DNA of 51,090 bases, filler included, from Circinaria calcarea (lineage: Eukaryota): assembly GCA_051942165.1 (NCBI GenBank). It is 2 parts of 2 records of this genome, joined end to end, with 100 filler letters (N's around TTAATTAATTAA, not from the genome) between each part and the next. Parts side by side here need not be neighbours in the genome. Positions count along the whole stretch, not along the records: positions 1 to 25,522 come from JAVECS010000090.1; 1 more part is not named here. One strand, written 5' to 3'. This document shows, piece after piece, positions 1-12,554 of the stretch; the first letter of the stretch is position 1, and every line of letters begins with the position of its first letter. The notes beneath the pieces are model-generated. The model was not told the DNA's origin. It saw only the letters and a program-made list of their open reading frames with translations, and ran no database searches. Made by a program: the position numbers and the translations under genes.

Positions 1-460
1 CCATTTGTTTGGCGACCATAACCACTGTCTTGGTGGAAAACCGCCGGTTGCAATGATCGAACAGGTCTTCGAGCGAAGGTCCGAGGAGGTCAATGACGAG
101 AATGTTGTGAAGGCCTTCTTGGCCAAAGTAATAGACATTAGGTATACCAGCTGGTACTTGTCAGCCAGGTTCGACATCCACGGATACCGACAAACTCACG
201 GCATCCGACTAGAATCTTATACGTCCGGTACTCATCTCGTAGCTGCGGTGCATCGCTTTTCCTTGGTTCCTGAAATCCGTTAGCCGACCGTAGGGGCTGT
301 CGACCTTTCGTGTCTTTCCATGGCGACATACAAATTTGATGGCGACTTGTTGATTATTGAGAAGGTTTGTCCCTTCGAATATCACCCCAAATGACCCTTC
401 ACCAATTTTCTTGCCGACCCGATAATGCACCCCAACGACATTCGACGACGAGGACGCCAT
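1..460 (-). CDS. Casein kinase I (Yck1/Yck2/Cki1-type), 5' part; continues beyond window start
   Basis: Exons 460-332, 269-200, 150-1 joined by GT-AG introns (331-270, 199-151) give [30 protein letters not shown]...[60 protein letters not shown], the CK1 signature. Confidence 0.96.
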
Positions 461-600
461 CGGAGTCGTGTCAAAGGTGTATCAAGCCTCAATGCGTCGA
501 ACTTCGAGAGGGTGAAGGCACAAAGGAAGCAGAGAGTTGCTGACGAAGGCAGTTTGTTGGTGTTTCAAATGCGAGTTCAAGAGAATGCGATAGCGTGAGG

Positions 601-1001
601 CTGACAGATAGATTAGTTTCGAGCTCTGAACCGAAAGACCGTCTACCCGGTTATCATCCAGAGGTGAGACAATGTCGTGTAGATGTCCTGGTGCTGGCGA
701 ACTCGTGTATTATTGCCTGGTACCTCGGAGGCGTGTGACGAAGTGAAATCGAGGTGCAAGGCTCACGAACTTTTAGATAGCAATCTCCTTTCGGCGCCCA
801 GACCCTTCGTGGTCTTGCGATGTACAGACAGATGTACTGACAGATGTACTCCGTGGCGATGTCCAAATGCCCTTCAATGTGTTTGGACTGCTTCTGCCAA
901 TGGCGCAGTCCTCGGAGGATTCTAGCGGAGTGGCTTCGTAGTCCGAAGGCTGACGGTGGGTAGCCAGTGGAGTGGCTTTGCCGGTTACGAGGGAGGCATA
1001 C
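601..1001 (-). other. Probable 5'-UTR intron of the CK1 gene
   Basis: Donor GTATGC at 1001, branch ACTAAT and acceptor CAG at 603-601, ~140 nt upstream of the ATG. Confidence 0.5.
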
Positions 1002-1921
1002 GCTGTACGCAACAACCACGCGGAAACCAAGTCAGAGTACCCCGAGGCAAGTCAACCACGACACCGAGCAGATTCAAACCATCCGCAATCCGTACGCTCG
1101 ATGGGGTCGATGGTCATGTAGCTGCATGAAAGAAGCTACTTCTGCCGTTACGGACTGAGAGGGACGATCAGATGCACAAAGGAGGAGCGATTTTAATTGT
1201 AAGACTATGACTGACTGGGCTTAGTGTCGTGTAACTGCTCGAAATAGATTTCAGCCCACAGGCCACAGGGCTTTTCCATATGCGTACACGGCATTTATGA
1301 TAAGGATACACCCGGTCGCATGTCGTGCCCCTACTACTTGCACTGTGTCGTATTTCAAAGGGGTGTATATCTTCGTACAAATCTTTGTTCTACATTCACC
1401 CTACTGTGACCCCTAAGTATGACCGTCGTCAGCTGTTCTATCCAAACGGTTAACAGTGGTACTGGTGTACATATATCTAGTCGGGGTGTATATAAGGAGG
1501 GTTACACAACCCCCTCACTAGTGCAAATCCCAAATCCTCAACTCAAATCATCAAACTGATTTAATATACGTCGAACTGCCTCACTTCATCTGAGAGCCTG
1601 CGTGCCGGCCATACAGTGAACTTAATAGGGATTTTGGCCGATATGGGGTAAGCCTTTCTAGGTCGATTTGCAATAACTATGTATGACTGTGGTATCTACG
1701 GCTTAAAATCGCCATACGATGGTTGCATATTGTCATCGGACAGTCCCTTGGGGGGGTCTAGTAAGCTATGAATCCATGAATGTTGGTCATCCTTAGATAG
1801 CTACAGTTAACATAGCTCATAAAATTAATCGAAGGCATTTCAAAATTCGATGTGTTCTCCCACATACAATACGGACATCGCAGCGGTGGACTGTTCGGAT
1901 TAGGAAGATTTCTATCACCCA

Positions 1922-3402
1922 TTACCGGATTATGAGACCGCAATCTACAGCTGGTCAGGTGTAAACTCTGATATCCTTGGAATGAAGCGTACCTATCTGG
2001 ATACTCTGCCCTGTCATGGACATGTTCTAGTATCGTATGACGGTTAGTTTCCCTATTTTGACCATTCAAATGGACAGATCACCTTTGCAGCGGCAATAAA
2101 AGCATCCGCGCAGTCCTCCAGCCCAGTCTAGACATTATTAGCCTCAACTCTTCTGAAAAGAGTAGGAGCGAAGCTTACTACTCGTTTCAACGCAGCCTTC
2201 TCCTCTGTAGCCTTTATCTTTTCCGGGCTGAATGCTGAGCCCTGGTAGAAATATCAGCTGTTCGTTCAGAAATCGGACCCTGGTCAGGTTAGATACCCAT
2301 TCAGTAAGTAGTAGACCGGGTGATACTGCATTAATTCGAATCTTGGGTCCTTGTGTTGATGCCAGGCATTTCATTAGGTGTAGGCCTGGTGACGGAACGG
2401 TTAGGCCAGAGTATGTGATCCCACTGCATATTGTTCGTTACTGACCTGCAGCTTTTGACACCGAGTATGCCATAGTGCTACCGGTAGGAGCGACACCCTG
2501 TCTTCATCAGTCTGCTCGAATTCGAGAATCCAAACTGGGACTTACAGCAACGGACGAAGTCATAAGGAACACGCCACCATCGGGATTCGCATTGAAAGTC
2601 GGCAAGGCTTCGCGGAGCAGATGCAAGTTCCCCTTGACATTTACAGCCCAGCACTAGCCGGCTTGTCAGATAATGCATTGCATAGCTTTCCCCTTGGTAG
2701 AATTACCTTGTCCCACTCCTCTTCCGACAGAGCGTTCAAGTCCCCAAACTCACTGAACTTTGTCCAGCCCTAACCATGCATCAGTCCAACCTTACACCTG
2801 GTAGACGACCACATCCCTGAATATGCTGAACCCAAAACCTTCCAAAAACAACCTTCATAGAGTAAAACCGTCCGGAGACTCACTGCATTCGAAATAATAA
2901 CATCCAACCCTCCCAGAGCCTCAATACTCTCCCTGACCACCCGTTGACAATCCACCAAGATGCCCATATCCTATTCACCCCAAAACTCCAATTAGCCCTT
3001 AACACCCCTTCTCGCCCCCGGGGGCCCCCCCTCTTTAAACCACCCCCAAAACCAAAATTCCGAGAAGGAAGGAAAACTTACACCCTGAATAACCACCACC
3101 TTCCCCTCGCCTTCTTCCCCTTTCTCATTCCTCTCCGCGCAAATCTTCACCAACCTCCCCCTCGTCTCCTCCGCCCTCTCGGCGTTGGAAACGTAGTTGA
3201 CGGCCACATTGCAGCCTTCGAGGAGAAACTTCTCGGCCACGAGGGCGCCGAGACCGCTATTTTTGTGGGTGGTTAGAAGATCTTATTATGGTTGTGAGGA
3301 AGGAAGGGGCAGGGACGAAGGGCAAAAGGGCAAGGGAGGGGAAGCAATGTACCGAGATCCGCCCGTGACGAGGATATTGCGGGAGGAGAGGGCGTAGGGC
3401 AT
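1922..3402 (-). CDS. Short-chain dehydrogenase/reductase (classical SDR), multi-exon
   Basis: Spliced N-terminus MPYALSSRNILVTGGSRGLG (TGxxxGxG), LDVIISNA, AYSVSK (YxxxK), RINAVSPG, C-terminal MTGQSIQIDCGLIIR* with stop at 1924-1922. Confidence 0.92.
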
Positions 3403-4011
3403 CGTTTTACTCCGTAAGTTTGGGGGAAATTTATATCTGGTCTGGTGAACAAGGTAAAGGCGGGGGTCCGAGGATTATACCCCGCTGTATGCTTCCGAGA
3501 GCGCCCCTGTTCGATAAGGTATCTAGTGGATGAAGGGGGCGCGAAAGACTTGTTGGTTTTGCTGGCGGAGAAACGAGAGGATATGATGGTTTGATTGGTG
3601 GAAATCAGATGGAGATAGGATGATTGGGATTTACTTGGTAAGGGTGTGCTTATATAGACGGAGTTTGTAGGTAAAAGGAGGGGTAAGAATCTTTGGATAG
3701 ACTACGATTGTATCACTTTTTCGTTTCATAGCATAAACCGGGACTCGACAGGAGTAACCTATTTTAAAAGTTATATACTTCTACCTGTGGGATCTAGTGC
3801 TGCCGTGGCGTATTCCGAAATAGCTTTCGCACCCTTCTCTGAGAAAAATGGGTGGCCTTTTCCCATGCTTGAAGAGTCTTAGCTAGAGCTGCATGAGTTG
3901 TATAAGACACGCCGAAAGTTAGTAAAGCAATAGAACCCGAGTCAGTCATGTTTTCTCATCACATATTGAAATGCTGATTTGAGACGCCCACCAGACACAT
4001 TGTTCGTGCCC

Positions 4012-6944
4012 TCATTTCAACTGTCCGGCTACATCACGCCCTACTTTGAATGCAACTTTCGCACGTGGGAGTCGCCCTTTGGCATCCTGTGCATCACTTA
4101 GTCCATATGATAAGCAGAACAAGGTCGAAGTCTCATCTTGCTTACCCTTGTGCCATCTCGATACGCCAATTGCTTATCGACCAAGCAAGGAATTGCAACC
4201 TTCGGAATCCCCATCATCTCGTCATGTTCCCTCAGAGCCTCATGATTACTCCCCGCCGCTCCTGTCCTGATCAGAATTGCTTCTGATGTTGACGATCCTG
4301 CGCTTCTGTCATCCGGATTGAAGCTCCTGTCAGAAGCGTCACTTGTCAGCTCACTTGGCTCTCGCCTCTCAATGACAATTGCAACCCCTCGATCCGTTCT
4401 AGACCCCTCCTCTACATGCCTGTTCTTCTCCCGATGTGGAAATATCCCTCGCTCTTTCCGAATGTTTGCCAAAACGCTCCCAAATTGCGCTTTTCGCGGA
4501 GGCCTGTTTGCAATCTCAGCCTTCTTAGCTTCCGCATCGAATAGCAGCCTATCAGGATGTAGCTCAGGGGCCGCCGCAAATAGATCACGGTGGCAGTATC
4601 CTTGTTTCCATTGCGGAATACTAGTGTGCGGTATACGCTTCTTGAGCTCTTCAACTTGTCCTCGTAGTTTCGCGATCTCAGTTTCCTGGTCGCTTCGCTC
4701 TCGCGTCGATATTTGCAGCCTTAGAACCTCTATTTCTGACTTTGCGTCTTTTAACTGGGACAATCTATGGCGAAGGACTTCCTCTTGCCGCCTGTAGGCC
4801 TTACGCATACCCTTGAGTTCGGACAGTGGCGTTAAACTGGCTGTGTTTTGAGATTGGATAATAGTTTCTTGTTTGGATCGAGCTTTCTCTAGTTCTTCCC
4901 TTAACTCATCTAGTTGCAGATGCAAGTCTCCCAATTCTCGTTTATGCTTGTCTCTTTGCTTCAGGTGCTCTGACTTACGTTGCTTAAGTAGGTCACGGAG
5001 CTCTTTGATATCCTTTTCATAAGACTTAAGTTTCTTCTTCAATTCTAAATTGCGTGCCCGATATACGATTTCGGAAGGCTCAGGTGCTTTAGCAGCTATG
5101 ACGAGATTATGACTGCTCTGGCTCTTTACTAAATCGTGTACTTCTCCTCTTTCCTTATTTACACCAAGAAGCTTATCCGAGAGATTTGACTTTATAGATG
5201 GAGAATCTTTTGGTTTGGCTCTGTAGGAAGTAGAGGGTGTCATTGAGAGAGAATACAAATCTGGACTCCCGGAAGAGTTCGGCCTTCTTGGATCCGCCGA
5301 GACAGATGCTGGTGCCTTTTGGTTAGGTTCTACAAAGTAGTGGCCTCCGTCCATATTTCTGCCCTGGGCGCCATTGGCTCGAAGAGGAGCTTGTGAACGT
5401 TTATGAGTGGCAAAAAGTCCCGCACCTGGAACCCTAAGGTCGCCCCATGATGGTTGTACTCTGATGTTTGTACTGGTTTTAGATTGTGCATAATTCCTAG
5501 AGGCACTATCAAAAAGAGGAGGCGGAGATTCCGGAATGACAACCTGATTAGCCGCTTCGTTCGTCAAGTAAGGACTCTGCGCGGCTTCCGCATATGCATG
5601 ATTACCGTTGCGTTTGCATATGGAGCTGGGTTGGTTAGCCTCAAGTCAGGAGCCATAGATTGCGAATATACCATAATCTAACGGTCCCACCCTGAGAAGT
5701 AGCCCCTATAACCTTCTTGCCACATCTTCCACACACGGCCAAGTTTGTGCATGAAGCAGAATCCTCCGGTTTTTGGTCTTCAGTTGATTTTGTTATACCA
5801 TTTTTATAGGTATCATCGATCATTGCCATGACTCCTGGAGACTTTAACTTGATATCAACTTGTACGGCAGCATCTGTATGTGATTGAACCTTTCGAAATC
5901 CAACCTCTAAAGGTGGACTATAGGGCGGCGACAACTCCCTAGTTTGAGGGCCGTAAAGACTAGATTTGTTGAAATTGCTTGGCTGCGAGACGTCTTTTTC
6001 ATGGTTCAGCGTACCTGAAAGAGTCTGCACGGTATCAGCTATCCCTTGATTTCTGTCATTCGTCATTGGCGTGTCTCCAGGTATCTGCAACGTCGATCCT
6101 AGGACATTGGTATGTCTCCCAAATTCAGCGATTTCAGCAGGAGAAGCTTGACCTGTTGCCATCATTTGTATCAGATACACAACTCTTGGATTGGCGGACG
6201 CTTTTGTCATAAGCTCGCCAACGGCCAGGGAATTCGAGCTATTGTTGGCTCGCGGCCTGGGCATGACATCTCGTACAGAGACCCCATTCGATGAAGCGAC
6301 GGACGGTAAAATACTGACACCCAAACCGTTATGTGGAACACCAAAGGGGTTCATTGAGGTTGATGTAGTAGTGATTTTGCCGGTAGATTTTGGTATGGTA
6401 ACCAGAGGATTTTTTTCATCATTTTCAATTGATTGAACAACTGGAGGTTCTGTAGTCCTGCGTCGTTTTGCTGGCCGCCCATAGACGGTCTGCAAGTCTT
6501 GGGGAGTTTCAATACCATTAGGATCGACTAGGGGCATATTTTTATTAGATGAGTCCGTCATAGGTCTGTGTCTAGTGCTTTTGATACATCGAGTACAGCG
6601 CCAGTCGGACGTAAAGGCATCGCTGAATTCGTTAGCCCATTTAATTAGCCGAACTCGCCCAATTGACTGTGCTTCACCTACCTCCGATAGCCTTCAGCAC
6701 TAGAGGGATGATAATCACAGTCCGGGTGATACCGTCGCTGGCATAATGTGCACTGCCTCAGCGGCGGTGAAAATGCAGTGGTTGGAGGCTTCAAGCAGAC
6801 AAAACACCGATTGAACCTTGACCCGACTCCCTTTGAAGATGACGCGGAAGGGCTGTACTCGCTCAAGCCGGATGCAGTAGAAGTGGCATTTTTGTGGTTA
6901 CTTTCACTGACCCGTCGGAATTTGGGTAGTGGCAACATCTCCAT
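4012..6944 (-). CDS. PHD-finger protein with a second C2-C2 zinc motif and a coiled-coil region
   Basis: Three ORFs joined by introns 6681-6623, 5671-5626, 4145-4087. Splicing completes CFVC...CTLCQRRYHPDC...WRCTRC (PHD) and CGRC...CSIC. Long K/E/L heptad segment; ends DAKGRLPRAKVAFKVGRDVAGQLK*. Start codon uncertain. Confidence 0.8.
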
Positions 6945-7181
6945 ATGCCTATCCTAGGCACTAGCCATATCCGATGATTCACATCCAATTACTGCTATTA
7001 CTCGACGAACATTCGTTTCCTGTAGATACTACAACTATCGATTGAGCTCGAGGGGGTTTACTCATATGGCTAATAAGCAACTTCAAGGAGTGCTTATCAA
7101 AAGCGGCAGTCGGGGAACCTCGATCCCTTATCGTTCGAAGCATCTAGTTTCTCGTCCGGATCCTTTAACGAGACCCAAGGC

Positions 7182-7842
7182 CTATATTTATCATTAGCAA
7201 ATCGCGTTTCGGGAAGGCATAATTCTCTTATATAAAAACGGGGAGCTTAGTGGAGCTGTAATTCTGTAGCCGGCTGGCGCACAGTAGTCCACTGAGAGTC
7301 CCAAAGATGCCTCAGGTCTTTTCAGTTCCATAAAGTCTTCAATCTACTCGTCTTCCCAGGTTCTTAGCCCTCTTTTATAGTGAACTCCACAGAAGTAAAT
7401 TCACAGTGCGATGAAGCGGAGAAACTCAAGGCAGTCAAGAATCAATCTTGCTGTCATCCCGCCTATCCAGTTGAACCTTGTACACCACTGCCATTGACGC
7501 CGACTCTTTGAGAAATATCGAATCAAGGTCCCAAGAAGTGGTGCTTTGGAATGAGTCTAATTTACACCTTGAATCCAGGATTTGACAATCCATGAATCTT
7601 GGAGAGCCCATCTTGCCGTTCAATGTGCCAGCCGTTAAGGTTCCAAACATGCAATGGTTTCTCCCACTCCGCTGATCCGAAGGCAAGAACCACGAGAAGA
7701 CGCCACAGCAGTCAGACCTTTTACCATGTGTTCATCATTGGCATCTTCAGGAGTCACGTTCCCGTACCACAGAACGAGAAGCACAATAAGGGAAATAGAA
7801 GCAATCCAAAGAACTCCACGTCATGTGGATGTATGAACTTAC
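7182..7842 (-). other. Host intron of the box C/D RNA (non-coding or 5'-leader transcript)
   Basis: Consensus donor GTAAGT at 7842-7837, branch GCTAAT 7198-7193, acceptor TAG 7184-7182; 661 nt, far longer than the ~50-nt introns nearby. Confidence 0.65.
7299..7752 (-). ncRNA. Long box C/D guide RNA (snoRNA/scaRNA-like) with predicted U5 and U2 snRNA targets
   Basis: 13-bp terminal stem (7752-7740 with 7311-7299, two G-U pairs); box C AUGAUGA 7738-7732; guide UGGUAAAAGGU 7726-7716; D' CUGA 7715-7712; C'-like UUGAAGA 7342-7336; guide AACUGAAAAGA 7327-7317; box D CUGA 7315-7312. Confidence 0.88.
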
Positions 7843-8342
7843 CATGATCGAGCTCCTTTAAAACAACGCTGTGTAGGTTCCAACGTTTTACAAATGTACC
7901 ATCAATGTAAAGGGTATATAAGGTCACAAATCGCCCGAGTCTTGGGAGGTGTCCATCTAAAGAGTGTGACTCAATTCTGAACAAGAGAGATTGAAATGAA
8001 GGTTACCAGCAGCAGCTGTAATTCCCAACTCCACTGAGCGTCAATCTGCAGTATTTGAAAGCACAACCGTGGTAGCGACAGTGTAGTGAAGAAATGGATA
8101 TCAGGTGAAGAAAGGAAAAAAGGGCGTACTGGTCAGTACGCGCATGGAATGTTTAAGATACTCGGCTAAGGCGTCTATTCTAAACCTTGTAGAAAACAGG
8201 GCTGAACCAGGGCCTGCATTTAAATGTCAGCGCATGTGAATATTACAGTATGTGTTGTTGACCGGATGTCATTGTCTACTAGTTGCATCTACCTTTGTGG
8301 ACGTTCGTAGTTGTCATCATTCATTACTAGGATTGCCAAATT

Positions 8343-11119
8343 ATGGACTTCCTCAAATCTGCGGTAGCATCTGCTATCTCCAAAGGTCCACCTTTCCCCT
8401 ATACTTTTGGTGATAAAATCGACCTTGAGCATTCTATTTGGACGCTGTATAATGGCACAAGACGGGTACCGTACCTCAACAACTCTGTTCAATACGTACT
8501 GACGTAAGTTGTCCTAGGAAGATGGTTCCGCTTGCAGCGTTTTTAGTTTCGACATCACAGCGAACAAGTCCCGTCTGCCCCTTGCTAAGAATATGGTGCG
8601 GAAGTTGAAGACGTTAAGACACCCCGGAATTATCAGACTACTTGATGCCGTCGAGGTGTGGACAATATCTGTCTAGAGTAGAATGTGAGGACTGATTTGA
8701 TCTCTAGACTGATACGTATATTTACATTGCTACTGAAAGAGTAATCCCTCTTGCCTGGCACGTTCGGCGAAAGAGTCTAAGCGTGGAAACCTCAAAATGG
8801 GGCTTGTTTACAGTTGCAGTATGTGCTGCACGTTCAAGAAGGAAGCGCCGTCCTCATGTTACGCATAGAATACACTCAGGTTCATCAATGACGAAGCCTC
8901 CTCCGTGCATGGCAACATTCGGATATCTTCGATTTTTACCAGCGAAAGCGGGGAATGGAGGGTCGGGGGTCTGGATATTCTGTCCTCAATGAAAGATGAG
9001 GCAGCTATCATCTACGTTTGTATTCTGCAATGTTCCCTGCGACCGATTCTGATCCTCTCCCTAGACGTATGGAACCCTCACACCTAACCTTAGCCAATAT
9101 ATGCCACCAGAAGTCTCCAAATCTGGTTGGGATAGCATTAAAGGGAACCCAACTTCTGCTACAGACTCCTATGCGTTCGGGCTTTTGATATTTCAGGTTT
9201 ACAACGGCGGATCACTTAGCAGTGACCAGATTGGCCAAACCAAGAACGTACCGCCCAATATACACCAAAGTTACAAGGGACTACTCAACACAAACCCCAA
9301 AGCAAGGTTGAGCGTAACACATTTTCTCGAACAGGGACGTAGGAATGGTGGGTTCTTCGAGACACCTCTAATAAGGTTATCAGAGGGAGTCGAGAGTCTT
9401 GGTTTGAAAAGCGACGCAGAGCGCGCAGAACTCCTGAGGTCTGTCATTTGCCTGAGGTTAGCAATGCTATGGTTGATTTCATCTTAGTGAACTTGATGAA
9501 GTATCGGAAGACTTCCCTGAAGATTTCTTCAAAATGAAAATTCTACCAGAACTCCTCAAGTCTGTCGAATTTGGAGGTGGCGGACCTAAAGTGTTTGGTT
9601 ATGTAATGAAGATTGGAGCCAAGTTAACTGAGGATGAATACGAATCGCGAATTACACCTGTCGTCGTCAGACTCTTTGCAAGCCCAGACCGACAGATGCG
9701 AGTATGTTTGTTGGATCATCTTCCTTCCATGATCGATCATCTCTCGCAGAAGATTGTTAACGACAAGATATTTCCACAAATGGTGGGTTCCGTTGGCCAG
9801 CATCTGATACTTTCGCTGATTCTCATAGGTAACTGGCTTCAGCGATATTGCCCCCGTTGTGCGTGAACAAACTGTCAAGGCTGTATTAACCATAATCACG
9901 AAGCTATCAGATCGGACAATCAATGGCGATCTGTTGAAACATCTTGCAAGAACGTCAAACGACGAACAGCCTGGTATTCGAACCAACACAACAATCTGTC
10001 TTGGAAAGATTTCTCGCAACTTAGGAGTCAATGTATGTATGGACCGTGAAACCATGAGCTGGACACTAATATATCCATAGACCAGGCAGAAGGTTTTAGT
10101 TACGGCTTTCACACGATCGTTGAAAGATCCATTTGTACACGCGCGCAATGCAGCCCTCCAAGCATTAGCAGCCACTTCTGACCTATTCCCGGAGGAAGAC
10201 TGCGCAAACAGACTATTACCAGCTTTGTGCCAATCCTTACTTGACAAAGAAAGGTATGATATCATTAAACTCCTATTGAGCTCAGTTGATTTGGAGTAGA
10301 CTTGTTCGAGATCAAGCCAATAAGACCCTCGATATTTACCTTAGTCGGGTACGCAAATATGCAACTACCATGCCAGAAACAGCACTGCCTCCACAAAGCT
10401 CCGGTATGGCTAATGGGGCGACACCACGAATGGGTACTCCCCAGAATGACACTTCTTGGGCGGGCTGGGCAATTTCTTCTTTTACCAACAAAATAGCTTC
10501 CACCAGTGGTGAGATCGAAGCAAAGCCGAACGGGAACACCTTGGGCGCTCCCGTCAACGACCGCAGCTCTAATATATCCCCGGCGCTAGTTGCTGAAGCT
10601 GTCCGTAGTGTGAGCACAGCTGCTTCAGCGTCGACCCTGCATAGACAAGCCCTTAAAACAACGACTGCTTCCAAACCCGTGTTGACGAGAACAACAACAG
10701 AGCAATTCTTCGGGGACGCTCAGGTGGAAGATGACGAAATCGATAACGCCTGGGGTGAGATGGCCGAGGAGTCTTTTTTCGATGCTCCCACAACTCCAGC
10801 CGTCTCCCCGCCTGCGTCAACGACGCCAACCATGAAATACGATGACGGTGGAGAGCCAGATTTCGCCGGCTGGCTGGCTGCACAAGCTCAGGCAAAATCT
10901 AAAGCACCATTACCGAAAGGTCTATCGAAGGCCTCTACCTTGGCGAGCGGGCGGCCTGGGCCGGCTCGGGTTACGACGACCGGTAGTGTAGGCCCTGGGG
11001 CTGGAGCAAAGAAGCTGGCGAGTACGGTGTCGAAACCTAAGGCCGTGCCTGCAAAGAAGATTGATATCAAACCGAAGGAAACTGCGGCGGATGATGATTG
11101 GGGTGATGCGTGGGATTAG
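8343..11119 (+). CDS. CEX1: SCY1-like pseudokinase with HEAT repeats (Cex1/SCYL1 family)
   Basis: MDFLKSAVASAISKGPPFPY..., LRHPGIIRLLD, VHGNIRISSIFTSESGEWRVGGLD, HEAT-like DEQPGIRTNTTICLGKI and LKDPFVHAR, acidic C-terminus DDDWGDAWD; several short GT-AG introns (first 8466-8517). Confidence 0.9.
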
Positions 11120-11434
11120 GCTATAATGTTTACTTTCCGGGACTTGGCGAATTGCGGCATAATTTGGCGTTTGAACGGCTGTCTCACTCATGATGAGATG
11201 TACCTGATGATACGTTTACTAGGCATCTCCATACGTATTAGAAGACGATAATTTATAGTACTGATAGACTTGAGTTTAAGAAAATTAGAAATGATATCTC
11301 AGAAGGCATCTCCCAAAATCAGTCCGCTTTGGGTATCTACTAGCGCCTGTTCGCCTCGCTAACCAAGATCTCTAACCAATGGATAAATTGCCGTCATCAT
11401 CAATATCTAAGAAAGAAAACCCGGGAGCAGAGCC

Positions 11435-12554
11435 TTAACGACTCTCAGAATAGTCGTTGAGAGCAACACAGACTGCGCCCCTATGATGGCCGTTGTACTG
11501 CCTTATGATCGCCTGCGTACTCAGTTCCCAAAGCCTAGCATAATGATCGGAGCAAGCAGTGACGAGGTATGCACTATCAGCACTGAAGGCACAATCCCAA
11601 ACCCATCTCTGATGAGCTGTGAGGCTCGTCTCGAGAGGAAAGGCACCGGGTTGACGTTCGGCAGGGAGGTTCTCGTTTCCCTTGATGTTATGCGGAGCGT
11701 TGGGGTCGACAGACCAGATACGAGCGTTGTGATCGGCTGAGCAAGTTGCCAGATGGCGGACGTCGGGTGATAGGAGAACGCGGGTGATGTATGCTGTATG
11801 GGCTTGGAATGAGGTGACGGGAATTAGGGAGGTGACGTCGCGGTTTTGGATCATGCGCCAGACGTAGACGCTACCCTGCCATTGAGGTTAGCAATTACAC
11901 TATAAGAGATGATAGGAGAGCATCTGTAGGGAGCTTACAGAGTTGTTGCCCGCACAGAGTAGAGTTCCATCAGTCGCAACCGTGACACTAGCAACAGAGA
12001 CGTCTTCTTCTGGAATAAGCTGATGTGTGCACTTATTCTCGCCGAGATCCCATATCCTAACGTTCCCACCCCGATCGCAAGAGATCAACTCCCCTTGGTT
12101 AGGATGGATAACCACATCATTGACAGGACATCCATGTGAGTAGTTGCGCTGCACGGTCGCAGTACGTGTGTCCCATATCTTGACAGTACCGTCTTCCGAG
12201 CTAGTGACCATCCATTTGCCCTCACAGTGAAAAGCTACACCTGTAACGTTGCCTGTATGACCTTTGAAAGTGAGGAATGGGCTAGGATTCGTCGAACGGA
12301 TGTCATAGAGCTTCACATTGTCGGCTCCGGCCGCGGCGAGGAAGCGCTTGTCAGGGGATATGCAAAGTCGATTGACTTGTGAGTCTGTATGTGATATGGT
12401 TCGTGAACAGATGCCAGAGAGCGCTTCCCAAAAGCGAATTGTATGGTCATAGCCGGCTGAGTGAGGAGGACTTATCAGCCATCGCATATCTCGGTAGGTC
12501 AGGGGTGAGCCTTGACTATGAGGTGCGCTCACCTGTGCAGAGAATGACAGACAT
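11435..12554 (-). CDS. LST8: TOR complex subunit LST8 (WD40 repeat)
   Basis: Spliced [28 protein letters not shown]...HQRWVWDCAFSADSAYLVTACSDHYARLW...GHHRGAVCVALND; introns 12532-12457 and 11938-11876. Confidence 0.97.

Noticed and set aside
820..850. GATGTAC(A/T)GACA x3 short tandem repeat
   Set aside because: Simple degenerate minisatellite without spacers; not CRISPR-like
7711..7730. Plus-strand CCTTTTACC as a U5 snRNA gene
   Set aside because: No flanking stem around the loop and no Sm site; better explained as the antisense guide of the minus-strand C/D RNA
7754..7763. TCACGTTCCC complementary to 25S rRNA (GGGAACGUGA) as an rRNA guide
   Set aside because: No CTGA box follows on that strand; 10-nt match likely chance
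7435..7984. Short ORFs 7435-7686, 7599-7847, 7654-7836, 7754-7984
   Set aside because: No protein-like motifs; they overlap the ncRNA and its host intron
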